Positions 26,702-35,999 of a stretch of DNA of 64,000 bases are shown one piece after another. Made by a program: the position numbers and the translations under genes. The notes beneath the pieces were generated by a model. The model saw only the letters and a program-made list of their open reading frames with translations. It was not told the origin of the DNA and searched no databases. Where the stretch lies: contig CAUJEN010000184.1 in assembly GCA_963169765.1 (NCBI GenBank), positions 16,468 to 80,467 of the forward strand. The letters run 5' to 3'. Position 1 is the stretch's first letter; each line of letters begins with the position of its first letter. The DNA comes from Vulcanimicrobiota bacterium (GTDB lineage: Bacteria > Vulcanimicrobiota > Xenobia > Xenobiales > QWHO01).

Positions 26702-29419
26702 GTGGACTTACTGCCTCGTCCCCCCGAGACGTTTCTGGGCCGCGAGAGCGAGCTGACCAGGCTGAGCGACGTCCTGGCCCATCGCCACCTGTTCTTGATC
26801 ACGGGGCTGGCGGGCATCGGCAAGACCTCGCTGGCCCTGGCTTTGCTGCACCGCCAGCCAGGTCGCCGAGGCTTCTACCTGCGTTGCCTCCCGGACGGGG
26901 GGCTGGAGGAGCTGGCCGCCGCCCTGGAGGCGGCTTCGGGAGGAGAGGCCGGTACCGCCTCGGTGCGCGATCGGCTGTTGATCCAGATTCGCTGGCTGAA
27001 CCAGAGCGACCGGCTGGCCGTCATCGATGACGCCCACCTGCTGCGTCCGGCCGACCTGGATACCCTGGTCAAGCTGCTGCAGACTTACCTGTCGGCGCGG
27101 GTGGTGCTGGTCTCCCGCGAGGACCTGCCGGTGGCGCCGCTCGACCGGGTGGACATCTTCGAGCAGCGGCTCGAGGAGCTGCCCCCCGAGATGGCTCGCC
27201 TCCTGCTCGAGCGCCTGCTGGCCCTGCATCCCGACCTGCAGAGCGAGCTGCCCCCGCTGGGCGAGCTGGCCTCGTCTACGGGCGGCCACCCTCTGCTGAT
27301 CAAGTTGCTGGCCAGCCTCATCGTGAGCCGCCGGCTGCTGCCTGGCAAGCTCAGCGAGGCTCCGGCCGCGGTGCGTGATTACCTGCTGCGTGAGGTGCTC
27401 GGCCAGGTGGGCTCCGAAGAGCGGAGGGCTCTGGAGCTCCTCGCCCTCAGCCCGGTGGGCCTGCCGGGCGATTGTCTGGGAGCAGCCCTGGAGACCCTGG
27501 AGAAGCGCTTTCTGGTGCAGCGCGATGCGGGCGGAGGAGTGCTGCTGCACCAGTTGCTGGCCGGCCAGGTGGCGGCCGGGCTGGGGGCCGAGATGCGTCG
27601 CCAGCGGTGCCTCGAGCTGGCCGAGCTCTTCACCGAGCTGGGCCAGTCCCAGCCGGCTTTCGAGCTCTTTTTGAGCGCCGGGCAGGAGACCAGGGCCCGG
27701 GAGCTTTTGGAGCAGGTGGCCGCCGGGCTCTGCTCCCGCGGTCAGTACCAGTTCGTGATCGGCGCCGTGGAGCGGGTGGGTCGCCCGGACCAGCTGGCCG
27801 TGGTACAGGCCAATGCCCTGAGTTGCCTGGGCCGGTCGGAGCAAGCCGAAGCCCTGCTGCTCGGGCGAGCCGATTCCGACCTCAAGGCTCGCATCTCGCT
27901 GGCCGGGGTTTGCCTCAACACCGGCCGCTATCGACAGGCCCTGCAGCTCTACGGACAGTCGCTGGAAGGGTCGGACCGAGATGAGCGGCTCAAGTGCCTC
28001 AACTACATGGCTTTGATCCAGGCCTTTCGGGGCGAGTTGAAGCCGGCCCGGGCGACGGTGGATCAGAGCCTGCAACTGGCCGGGGACGGGGCAGCCCGCG
28101 CCCACGCGCTGCGCATCTCGGCCACCGTCGAGGCCCTGGCCGGTCGCTACGAGACGGCTCTGGCCCAGGCCCAGGAGAGCTTCGAGCTGGCCCGCGAGCT
28201 GGGGATGGCCCGGCTGCCCGGGCTGGCTCGTTTTCCGTTGGGGCTGTCGTTGTTCGGATTGGGGCGCAGAGCCCAGGCGGTGGCCTCGTTCGAAGACAGC
28301 CTGCGCGAGGCGCGGTTGCTGGGGGATACCCACCTGGTGGGCTGGAGCCTGATGGGGCTGGGCGTGGTGCAGCGCTCGGAGGAGGCCTTCCAGGAGGCCG
28401 CCCGTCAGTTCGAGCTCTACGGCAACAAGATGGGCGAGCTGATGGCGGTGGCCGGAGTGGCTGCCCTGAGCGGTGCCGACCGTGCCGGGGTGCTGGCCGG
28501 GGTGGCCGAGCAGGCCGGAGAGCTGGGCAATCCCTGGCTGCAGTCCGAGTCGCTGCACCTCCTGGCTCAGAGCGAGCCTGCCCGTCAGGCAGAGCAGGGC
28601 CTGGATCTTCCCGGTCCGGGCGCGGTCTGGTTGCTGCGGCCCCTGCGCGAGAGCGAGCCTGCCGAGCCGGTCGAGCGCCTGCGCCTGCGTTGCCTGGGAG
28701 ACGTGCGCCTGGAGGCTGGACGTCGCGTGATCGGCGAGAGCGACTGGCCCACCCGCAAGGCCCTGCGTCTCTTTGCGAGGCTGGCCCACCGACGGGGAGC
28801 GGCCCACGCCGACGGGGTGCTGGTGGAAGCTTTCTGGCCCGAGGCCGACCCGACCCGCGGACGCTCCAATCTGCGCCACGCGCTGCACCAGATCCGCACC
28901 GTGCTGCGCCAGGTGGGGGTGGAGCAAGAGGTGATCCGGCGCAGCCGCAAGTCGGGCACGGTGGAGATGCACCTGGACGCCTCGCTCGATCTGGAAGACT
29001 TCGAGACGCGCCTGATGGCCGCCGCCAGCCGTCTGGCCGGGGGGGCGGAGGCGGCCGAGCAGTTGCAGAGCGCTCTGGAGCTCTATCGGGGCGACTTTCT
29101 GGCCAGCTTCGACGAGCCCTGGGTGGAGGGGCCCCGGGCCCACTACCTGGAGCTTCGCCTGCGAGCCCACCACCAGCTGGCCCGCTGCCGGCTGGCCCTG
29201 GGCCAGGGCCGCCAGGCCGAGGAGACGGCCCGGGCCGGGCTGGCCCAGGACGACCTGCGCGAGGAGCTGCACATCGACCTGATCGAGGCCCTGGCGCTGC
29301 AGAACCGCAAGGGCGAGGCGCTGCGCCAGTATCGCGACACCCTGGCTCACTTCGAGAAGGAGCTGGGCCTGATCCCTCGCTCGTTCGAGGCCGTCTATCC
29401 GCTGCTGGTCAGCCCTTGA
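26702..29419 (+). CDS. STAND-type signal-transduction ATPase with TPR repeats and C-terminal SARP module (OmpR-type winged-helix DNA-binding domain + BTAD)
   Basis: Walker A GLAGIGKTSLALAL, hhhhDDAH Walker B-like VIDDAHLL, TPR-like repeats mid-protein, C-term RLRCLGDVRLE...LRYRGDFL...(wHTH) and BTAD helices LELRLRAHHQLARCRLALGQG; 910-aa opposite-strand ORF is artefact. Confidence 0.7.
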   Translation: MDLLPRPPETFLGRESELTRLSDVLAHRHLFLITGLAGIGKTSLALALLHRQPGRRGFYLRCLPDGGLEELAAALEAASGGEAGTASVRDRLLIQIRWLNQSDRLAVIDDAHLLRPADLDTLVKLLQTYLSARVVLVSREDLPVAPLDRVDIFEQRLEELPPEMARLLLERLLALHPDLQSELPPLGELASSTGGHPLLIKLLASLIVSRRLLPGKLSEAPAAVRDYLLREVLGQVGSEERRALELLALSPVGLPGDCLGAALETLEKRFLVQRDAGGGVLLHQLLAGQVAAGLGAEMRRQRCLELAELFTELGQSQPAFELFLSAGQETRARELLEQVAAGLCSRGQYQFVIGAVERVGRPDQLAVVQANALSCLGRSEQAEALLLGRADSDLKARISLAGVCLNTGRYRQALQLYGQSLEGSDRDERLKCLNYMALIQAFRGELKPARATVDQSLQLAGDGAARAHALRISATVEALAGRYETALAQAQESFELARELGMARLPGLARFPLGLSLFGLGRRAQAVASFEDSLREARLLGDTHLVGWSLMGLGVVQRSEEAFQEAARQFELYGNKMGELMAVAGVAALSGADRAGVLAGVAEQAGELGNPWLQSESLHLLAQSEPARQAEQGLDLPGPGAVWLLRPLRESEPAEPVERLRLRCLGDVRLEAGRRVIGESDWPTRKALRLFARLAHRRGAAHADGVLVEAFWPEADPTRGRSNLRHALHQIRTVLRQVGVEQEVIRRSRKSGTVEMHLDASLDLEDFETRLMAAASRLAGGAEAAEQLQSALELYRGDFLASFDEPWVEGPRAHYLELRLRAHHQLARCRLALGQGRQAEETARAGLAQDDLREELHIDLIEALALQNRKGEALRQYRDTLAHFEKELGLIPRSFEAVYPLLVSP

Positions 29420-29549
29420 GCTGAGTTCATTTTTCGGCAACCTGGCGGCAATCCAGCGTTCACCTCTTTTTCATACGGGTTCACGAGTGAAAAGGTCGGC
29501 CCGGCTACACTCCAGGCATGCTATAATCTGCCGGAGGAGGAAGTTCGAG

Positions 29550-29909
29550 ATGCCCGATTATCGTGAGGAGATCGACGATCTCAAGCGCCAATTACGGGGA
29601 GACTTTGCATTCACGTGCGCCGCCCTGAAGGACCTGGGAAACCATGTGGAGGAACAGACCAATCGTCTCGGCTCGCAGATGGATGAGATGGCCGCCCAGA
29701 TGGCCCGCATCAGTAGCGACATGACCAGCATGGGAGCCGAGTGGAACGAGCGCATCCGACAGGTCGAGGGGCGCATGCGCTTGATGGATCAGCGCTTCGA
29801 CTCCATGCTAACGGCGGTGCAGAACCAGCAGGGCAGCTTCGGCCAGCAGCTTCAGAGCCTGGACGAGCGGGTCACTCGCCTGGAGGAGGGCTCTCCGCCC
29901 GCCGCCTGA
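29550..29909 (+). CDS. Coiled-coil hypothetical protein (119 aa)
   Basis: Heptad-rich sequence MPDYREEIDDLKRQLRG...; followed directly by strong terminator. Confidence 0.45.
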   Translation: MPDYREEIDDLKRQLRGDFAFTCAALKDLGNHVEEQTNRLGSQMDEMAAQMARISSDMTSMGAEWNERIRQVEGRMRLMDQRFDSMLTAVQNQQGSFGQQLQSLDERVTRLEEGSPPAA

Positions 29910-29915
29910 GCCCAA

Positions 29916-29952
29916 CGCAAAAAGAGCCGGGCTTGTGGAGCCCGGCTCTTTT
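29916..29952. terminator. Bidirectional intrinsic terminator: perfect 13-bp inverted repeat AAAAGAGCCGGGC-ttgtgg-AGCCCGGCTCTTTT
   Basis: Perfect stem with A-tract upstream and T-tract downstream, located between convergent genes (29909+ / 29967-). Confidence 0.8.
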
Positions 29953-29966
29953 CGACCCGAGGAAGC

Positions 29967-30437
29967 TCAGCCCACCAGGTTGTTGACCTGGTTTTTGGCC
30001 GTGTCGCCCACGATGCCAAAAGCGTTTCCGGCACCCTGCACCTGGGCGTTGATGGCACCGCCCACGTCGCCCTCGGCCAGGTTGGTGAGGGTCGAGCCGC
30101 TCGTCTCCAGCCCGTTGCCGACCAGGCGCGCCGCGCCCCGCACCGGCTCTCCTACCAGCTTGACTCCACTGGTGAGCACGTCGCCGTAGCCTCCGGCCAT
30201 CTCTTTGGCGTCCCCGAGCACCTCGCCCGGAGTCGACACCACGTTCTTCACCTGCTGCACCGTGCCGTTGGCGGCCGCCGAGGCGGCTCCTGCCAGATCG
30301 CCCTCGGCCAGGTTCTCCAGCACCTTACCGCCTGTTTCCAGCCCCGTTCCCGCGATCTCCAATCCCTTGCGCAGGGGGGTGGTGGCAATCCCGACGGCGC
30401 CCTTTGCGATGTCGCCGATTCCGCTCAGTATACTCAT
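29967..30437 (-). CDS. Gly/Ala-rich repeat protein (two ~45-aa GxGLETxGxxLxNLAEGDxxGA repeats)
   Basis: Internal duplication; AAGGAGG RBS 6-8 nt upstream of ATG 30437; GC-hairpin CCCCCG-tgc-CGGGGG in 5' UTR. Confidence 0.5.
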   Translation of the reverse strand: MSILSGIGDIAKGAVGIATTPLRKGLEIAGTGLETGGKVLENLAEGDLAGAASAAANGTVQQVKNVVSTPGEVLGDAKEMAGGYGDVLTSGVKLVGEPVRGAARLVGNGLETSGSTLTNLAEGDVGGAINAQVQGAGNAFGIVGDTAKNQVNNLVG

Positions 30438-30613
30438 GCTGTGTTCCTCCTTGGCCGGATAGTTCTCTGTCACGACCCCCGGCACGGGGGTAAACAGCCA
30501 GTTGCAACAAAAACCTTAACCTTTTCCGAGATATTGTAAACTCTTAATCGTTCGGGTGTTGACCGCTCGGGCAAGCGGCGTGAGAACACCTGTTCCGAGG
30601 CATCAAGGCCCGG

Positions 30614-31150
30614 TTACGGGGCGCGCTCGACACGCCGAAGGAGCTCTTGCTGGCGCGCCTCCACCTTGAGCAACCCGCCGCACAGGTGATCGTTGCCCTG
30701 TGACAGGGTCTCGAAGGCCGACTCGGCGGCCGCCTCGTCCAGCGGAGAGAGGGCGCCCTCGAGCCGATCCAGTCCTTCGCGGAAGAGATCCACCCCGCGC
30801 ACCATCAAGTAGCGCACCTCGGGCACAAAGCTGCCCTCGGGGTCGGCCTGCTCCTCCACGAGCAAGAGCTCGAGGAGCTGGGGCACGGCCTGACCGGCGA
30901 ACTCCTCGAGCAGAGCGCGCAACTCGCTCAGGTAGCCGGGCACCTCCTCGAGGTTGTGATAGAGAAGCTCGTGCAGCACGTTCAAGTTGTGGGTCAGGAA
31001 GCGTTCTTGCGGCACCGGATATTCGCGCCCTTCCTCGAGCGAAAGGCCCGCCCGCGGCTCCTGGGGGGCGGCCTGCAGCAAGAGCGCGTTGCATTGAGGG
31101 CAATATTTCGAGCCTGCCGGAGGGCTGGCTCCGCAGCGCAGACACAGCAT
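30614..31150 (-). CDS. Zinc-ribbon hypothetical protein, last gene of FtsZ-like cassette
   Basis: N-term CLRCGASPPAGSKYCPQCN (CxxC...CxxC); start abuts stop of upstream giant gene (31151). Confidence 0.5.
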   Translation of the reverse strand: MLCLRCGASPPAGSKYCPQCNALLLQAAPQEPRAGLSLEEGREYPVPQERFLTHNLNVLHELLYHNLEEVPGYLSELRALLEEFAGQAVPQLLELLLVEEQADPEGSFVPEVRYLMVRGVDLFREGLDRLEGALSPLDEAAAESAFETLSQGNDHLCGGLLKVEARQQELLRRVERAP

Positions 31151-34100
31151 CTAGGACTTGCTCTGGGTGGCCGCCAGCAAGGCCAGCTTACCGTCCTCGC
31201 GTCTTCGGGTGAATTGCTCGGCCCGGGCCATCACCTCTTCGGCCTTCTGGCCGATGGCCTCGGGCCCCAGGGAGCGCACCAGAGGGGACTCCATCACATG
31301 CTGCACCTCGTCAGAGAGAACCCGCACCGTCATCATGTCCTCGAAGGGCAGCTCTGACTCGCTGGAGACCTTGCCCCACTTTTCACCGTAGGCCTCGCGC
31401 TTGTAGTGCTCGAGCAGGGCGCAGTAGGCGGCCATCTCCTGCTCGTCCTGGGTGGAGAGCACCGCGTCGCGCCGCTGCTTGACCAGCTTGTAGAGCTTCT
31501 CGCGGGTGGCCGTCCCGGTGGTCAGCTTGACCAGCATCATGTGCCGATCCCCCAGAGGGTGGGGGCGCATCTGGAAACCGTCGCGCTCCTGCCAGAGATA
31601 CTCGCCCCCCTTGAACTCGAGCACGTCGAACAGACAGCCGAGCACCCAGCACTCGTAGGCCTCCTCCAGAGAGCGCCGCTCTTCCTGGTTGAGCACCATC
31701 AGGTCGGGGAACTTCTTGTCGTTGCAGTCGATGTGCAGCGGCTCGCCGTTGGTATAGAGCTTGAGGTAGGAGCCGCGCAGATCGGTGAGGCGGGCCATGT
31801 AGTTGATGGGGAAGCCGCCCGCCTCCTGATAGAAGATCACCTCGCTCGACTCGGGGATGGGATAGAAGTTGAGCTTTCCGGTCACCTCGCGGGTGAGGTA
31901 GGCCTTGAGCTGGTTGAGGTAGCCGGTCAGCTCGGCGGCGTCGGACGGGCTCATGCCGGCCGCTGAGGGCAGTCCGCACATGGAGTGGATCTGCTCTTCG
32001 GGCAGCTGGAAGGTGCCGTGCAGGCCGCTTCTCGTGGCCCAGTAGGCCGAGCGGGAGTACATCTGGCGCAGGTGGTTGTTGCGTGTCTGCTCGTCCATCG
32101 TGGTGTAGAGTACCTTGACCACGTGAAAGTCGGTCTTCAGCCCGGAGAACAGGTTGCGCGACTCGGTCAAGAGGGCCCGCTTCCACTCCTCGGTGCGGCC
32201 CGCCGCGATGTCGGCCGCCAGGCCCGTGACGGCCCGCTCCAACCGCTTGAGCACGGCCTTGCTGACCGCCTGCACCGTCTCGGTGCCCTTGACGTAGGCC
32301 GGGTAGTACTTGCTCTCGATGTCGGTGGGCTCGTAGAGCACCAGCGCCTGGGGCTGAGGATCCTTCTGGCTGAAGTACTTGAACCCGCCCAGCAACTCGT
32401 TCTTGAGGCCCTCCAGATCGCGGGCCAGGGAGGTGAGCTGATCCACCATCCCTCCGCCCCGACGCCCGTCAGGACGCTCGCTGCCCTGGATGGCCCGGGC
32501 CAGCCGCTCGACCAGCTCGGCCCCCTCCTTGTAGACCCGGGCCTGCAGCTGACAGCGCAAAAGGCCGGGAGTGCGGCTATCGCCCACCAGCGACTCGAGG
32601 TAGCGCTCGGCCACGTAGGCCAGGATGATGCCCTTGCGCCCGTCCAGGTTGGAGCGGTTCTGGTAACGCCCCACTTCCTGCAGCCGGCGGGTGGCTTCTT
32701 TCTGGCGCCGGACCAGCACGTCCTGAATGTCTGTCTGCTTCTTCTGGAAGACCGTGACGAAGGAGCGCAACACCTCGACCGTCTCGTTCAAGACGGCCTC
32801 GGAGTACTTCAGGCTGTCGTGCTTCTGATCGACGAGCTGGAAGGCTTTCTTGCGGATGTCCTCAGTGGCCCGCTGCTCGAGCGTCGTCAGGTTGGCCCGG
32901 ATGGTGCGCGGGAAGTGGCCCCACTTCTCGGGCTCGGCTCCCAGCTCTTCAGCTTTGAGGCGCTTTTCTTGCTCGCCGAACTTCTCTTCCAGAAAGTCGC
33001 GCAGGGTCTGGCGCGGGCCGAGCTGCCCGCGCTCCACGCTGCGCAGCACCTCCTGCGACCACTTGCTCAGCTCGTCGAGCAGGCCCTGGTTGCGCCCCTT
33101 GTCGGGGTCGGCCAGGCCCCCCGGATCGAGCAGCGAGAAGAGGATCTCGTTCTTGCGCTTGGAGTCGTCCTCCTGAAGGTGCAGGGCGGGCAGGAAGTCT
33201 TCCTTGACGAAACGGGGCAGATCGGCCTGGTTGAAAGAGGCCTTGCTCTGGCCCGACCACAGGTCTACCACCTCGGTGGCCAGTTTGTAGGCGCAAGCGG
33301 TGGTGATGCGGGCGTGGGGCACCATGATGGTGGACATTCCGAAGGACTGGTAGCGCTGGATGAAGTTCTGCTTGAAGCGCGGATGGGCGTGCTCGTAGGT
33401 CTTGTTCATGTACTGGCGCAGGTTCACACGGGCGCTGCGCTTGTGGTCGGCGAACTCGCCGTGGGAGAAATCCTTGAAGATGGAGTCGGCCAGAAGCTCG
33501 AAGATCAGCTCCTGGCTGCCGGGCTGGCCGCCGGTGGCCTGGCCGGCGGCGTTCTGGTTGTCGAAGACATAGCAGTAGTCGAACGGGGGGAGGGGTACCC
33601 GGGCGGTGACTCCCAGCGACCACTCGGCGTCGAACGTGTGGCTGCCATACTTATAATAGTTCAGCTCCTTGAGCAGGGCGTAGGCGTTGGCCTTCATCTT
33701 CTCGTTGGTGATGGTGCCGAAGTGATCAGGGAAGACCAAAAACGAGCTCAGGGTGACGTTGCCCTCCTGGAACAGGTCTTTGATCATGAAGGCGGTGTCG
33801 AGCAACAGGCCGCTGCCGGTGCCGCCGGCGATGGAGGTGACCAGGTAGACGTTGGTGGGCTGGTTGAACTCGACCTGAGCCAGGATGCCCTGGTCCTTGA
33901 GGATGTTCGAGTGCATCATCCGCTCCATGGCGTGCGGATCGCGCACCCGGGTGTTGGCCTCGGTCACGGCCGCGCGGATGGTCTTGTAGTGGTGAAAGAA
34001 GGCCAGCCGGCTGTAGGCGCGGATCTGTCCCGCGCCCTCGTTCATCTGGCCCAGCGCGTTCAAGCCCGGGTACCACCACTTGTCGATGTGGGCGTTGTTG

Positions 34101-34390
34101 GGCTCCTTCAGGTTCTGGGTGATGACGGTGGTGTCGCCGATGGTGAGCATCAACCGCTCGACATCGGTCATGCGCACGAATTCGCGCACTTCCTTGCCCA
34201 GGATGTGCTTCTCGCTCTTGTCGGTATCCAGCCACAGGTAGGCCACGATGGGGAACTCCGACAAAGTGCCGTACTTCTCATAGAAACGCTTGCGCACCCG
34301 CAAGATGACATCGCCCCCGGTGCCCCCCAGCCCGATCAGGATGGTGGGACGGATGCGGATCAGGTCAGCCTGGGCGCCGGGAGTTTCCAT
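31151..34390 (-). CDS. Giant divergent FtsZ/tubulin-superfamily GTPase (FtsZl-1-like) with ~800-aa helical C-terminal extension
   Basis: N-terminal T1-loop-like ILIGLGGTGGDVI (cf. FtsZ GVGGGGxNA) and T4 tubulin signature-like SIAGGTGSG (cf. GGGTGSG) ~165 aa apart; 1079 aa; opposite-strand 812-aa ORF is artefact. Confidence 0.6.
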   Translation of the reverse strand: METPGAQADLIRIRPTILIGLGGTGGDVILRVRKRFYEKYGTLSEFPIVAYLWLDTDKSEKHILGKEVREFVRMTDVERLMLTIGDTTVITQNLKEPNNAHIDKWWYPGLNALGQMNEGAGQIRAYSRLAFFHHYKTIRAAVTEANTRVRDPHAMERMMHSNILKDQGILAQVEFNQPTNVYLVTSIAGGTGSGLLLDTAFMIKDLFQEGNVTLSSFLVFPDHFGTITNEKMKANAYALLKELNYYKYGSHTFDAEWSLGVTARVPLPPFDYCYVFDNQNAAGQATGGQPGSQELIFELLADSIFKDFSHGEFADHKRSARVNLRQYMNKTYEHAHPRFKQNFIQRYQSFGMSTIMVPHARITTACAYKLATEVVDLWSGQSKASFNQADLPRFVKEDFLPALHLQEDDSKRKNEILFSLLDPGGLADPDKGRNQGLLDELSKWSQEVLRSVERGQLGPRQTLRDFLEEKFGEQEKRLKAEELGAEPEKWGHFPRTIRANLTTLEQRATEDIRKKAFQLVDQKHDSLKYSEAVLNETVEVLRSFVTVFQKKQTDIQDVLVRRQKEATRRLQEVGRYQNRSNLDGRKGIILAYVAERYLESLVGDSRTPGLLRCQLQARVYKEGAELVERLARAIQGSERPDGRRGGGMVDQLTSLARDLEGLKNELLGGFKYFSQKDPQPQALVLYEPTDIESKYYPAYVKGTETVQAVSKAVLKRLERAVTGLAADIAAGRTEEWKRALLTESRNLFSGLKTDFHVVKVLYTTMDEQTRNNHLRQMYSRSAYWATRSGLHGTFQLPEEQIHSMCGLPSAAGMSPSDAAELTGYLNQLKAYLTREVTGKLNFYPIPESSEVIFYQEAGGFPINYMARLTDLRGSYLKLYTNGEPLHIDCNDKKFPDLMVLNQEERRSLEEAYECWVLGCLFDVLEFKGGEYLWQERDGFQMRPHPLGDRHMMLVKLTTGTATREKLYKLVKQRRDAVLSTQDEQEMAAYCALLEHYKREAYGEKWGKVSSESELPFEDMMTVRVLSDEVQHVMESPLVRSLGPEAIGQKAEEVMARAEQFTRRREDGKLALLAATQSKS

Positions 34391-35208
34391 CAGGCCCTGG
34401 TGAGCACCACACCGGCGCCGTAACCCGCGCCCAGCCCGGCCAGACAGCCCCCGCCCACCACCAGGTAGATCGCCACCTGCTTACCCCACAGAATCTTGGG
34501 GAACATGTAGAGCCCCGCCCCGCACAAGAGAACCAGGCCCAGCCCCAGCAGCACCAGCAAGTTGGAGTATCCCAGCGCGGTGGTGACCTCCATCCGCTTG
34601 ACTCGCAGCATGCGGGCAAAGAGACTGCGCCCGAAGAGCACATAGGCCAGCACCACGCCCGCGAGCACGAAGCCGATCAGAAGGCCCCACTCCCAGTTCT
34701 GGTTGGGTGCCCGGTCGCGCGGCGTGCTGAGGGTGCGCGAGCCCACGGTGGAGGGGTCGCCGGCCCGCCAGGCCGTATCGCTCAGAGGGATGACCACGTC
34801 CTTGCCCTTGACCTTGTGCAAGAAGACCAGTTCGTAAAGCACCGGATTGCTGGCTGAATCGGTGAAGGCCACGAAGCGCACGGTGGCCCGTCCGTTCTCG
34901 AGCGGAAATTTCACGTAGGGGGCATCTTCCTTGACCTCGTAGTCCACGCCGCCGGCACTCAGCACTTCATAATCCTGGATGAACGGGCTTGTCCCTTCGG
35001 CGTCCAGGTCGAGCCTCACCCCGATCCAGGCGGTGCCTTTGGGCATGAGGAAAGGCCGCCGGAACCTGTCCAGCACCCGCACGCTGCCCTCTTCCAGCTT
35101 GAAGGTCTCGGGAGGCTCGGGTTGGTCTACGTCCTGCGCCCGAGCGGGCGCCAGCAGCGCCAACAGCAGCAAGAGCGCCGCAATGACGCGGGGGTTGCGT
35201 TTGCTCAC
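34390..35208 (-). CDS. Secreted/membrane protein (signal peptide, ~170-aa extracytoplasmic domain, two C-terminal TM helices)
   Basis: MSKRNPRVIAALLLLLALLAPARA signal; TM WEWGLLIGFVLAGVVLAYVLF and LLVLLGLGLVLLCGAGLYMF; stop overlaps start of FtsZ-like gene. Confidence 0.55.
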   Translation of the reverse strand: MSKRNPRVIAALLLLLALLAPARAQDVDQPEPPETFKLEEGSVRVLDRFRRPFLMPKGTAWIGVRLDLDAEGTSPFIQDYEVLSAGGVDYEVKEDAPYVKFPLENGRATVRFVAFTDSASNPVLYELVFLHKVKGKDVVIPLSDTAWRAGDPSTVGSRTLSTPRDRAPNQNWEWGLLIGFVLAGVVLAYVLFGRSLFARMLRVKRMEVTTALGYSNLLVLLGLGLVLLCGAGLYMFPKILWGKQVAIYLVVGGGCLAGLGAGYGAGVVLTRA

Positions 35209-35228
35209 GCGTGAAAATTCGTCACCTG

Positions 35229-35996
35229 TCAGGGTGCTCCTTCCCGCGTCGGTCGGGCCGCGATGACGTAGTCGGCCCCGGCCGCCAGCCCTCCGCGTCG
35301 CTCCAGGTGGCGCAGGGCCCGCGCTCGCAGGTCTCTTTCCACTGCGCCCAGGGCTCGGGCTAGATTGGCCGGTTTCAGGCTCTCAATGGTTCGTCGGGTC
35401 AGGTCGAGCTCTTCCTCGACGAAGCGCCGGGCATACACGATGGGATAGAGGCGGCTCTCGCGCACCTCAAAGCCCGACCTGCGCAGGGCTTCCAGCGTCC
35501 AGGCCAGGGGATACTCCCGGTGGGGGCGCTGGCCCGCCAGGAGGTGGCAGGCGTCTCGGAGGCGGGCGATCTCCAGCACCAGCTTCTCATCCTCGCTGGA
35601 GGGCGGCTCGGGATAGGGCTCCAGACCGACCACGTAGAGCCGTTTGCCCACCAGGGGATGGAGCCGGCGAAACAGGTCATCCTGGCGGTAAGGGGCCCAG
35701 CGGTCCAGCGCGCCCAGCAGATAGTCGGCCACGACCGTGTCGAAGCGCTCGCCCTCGAGCAGGCCCGGCTCAGCCCAGTTCCCGGTGAGGAAGCGGTCGA
35801 AAGGGCGCAGCTTCGGGGCGAAGTCGGTGCGCAGCTGGCGGGCCCAGGTCGCGTCGCCGGTCACGCCGGTGAAGCTGGCCAGGGGCAGGCCCAGAAGCCA
35901 GGAGGCCGAGCCCCAGCCCGTGCCGGCATCCAGCACGTGACCCCACGGCTCGGCTCCTTGCAGCTCTGCGAGATAGGCAAAGAGCGGATCGGACAA
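35229..35996 (-). CDS. Class I SAM-dependent methyltransferase
   Basis: Motif I VLDAGTGWG, acidic motif II residue after hydrophobic strand (TVVADYLL); 20-bp gap to downstream membrane-protein gene. Confidence 0.65.
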   Translation of the reverse strand: MSDPLFAYLAELQGAEPWGHVLDAGTGWGSASWLLGLPLASFTGVTGDATWARQLRTDFAPKLRPFDRFLTGNWAEPGLLEGERFDTVVADYLLGALDRWAPYRQDDLFRRLHPLVGKRLYVVGLEPYPEPPSSEDEKLVLEIARLRDACHLLAGQRPHREYPLAWTLEALRRSGFEVRESRLYPIVYARRFVEEELDLTRRTIESLKPANLARALGAVERDLRARALRHLERRGGLAAGADYVIAARPTREGAP

Positions 35997-35999
35997 GCT

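Noticed and set aside
26708-29440. 910-aa minus ORF and 476-aa + ORF 27994..29424
   Set aside because: Low-complexity antisense/alternate-frame readings of the STAND-SARP regulator gene
31985-34423. 812-aa + ORF
   Set aside because: Antisense to the FtsZ/tubulin-like giant gene; Gly/Ala/Leu/Val-rich without motifs
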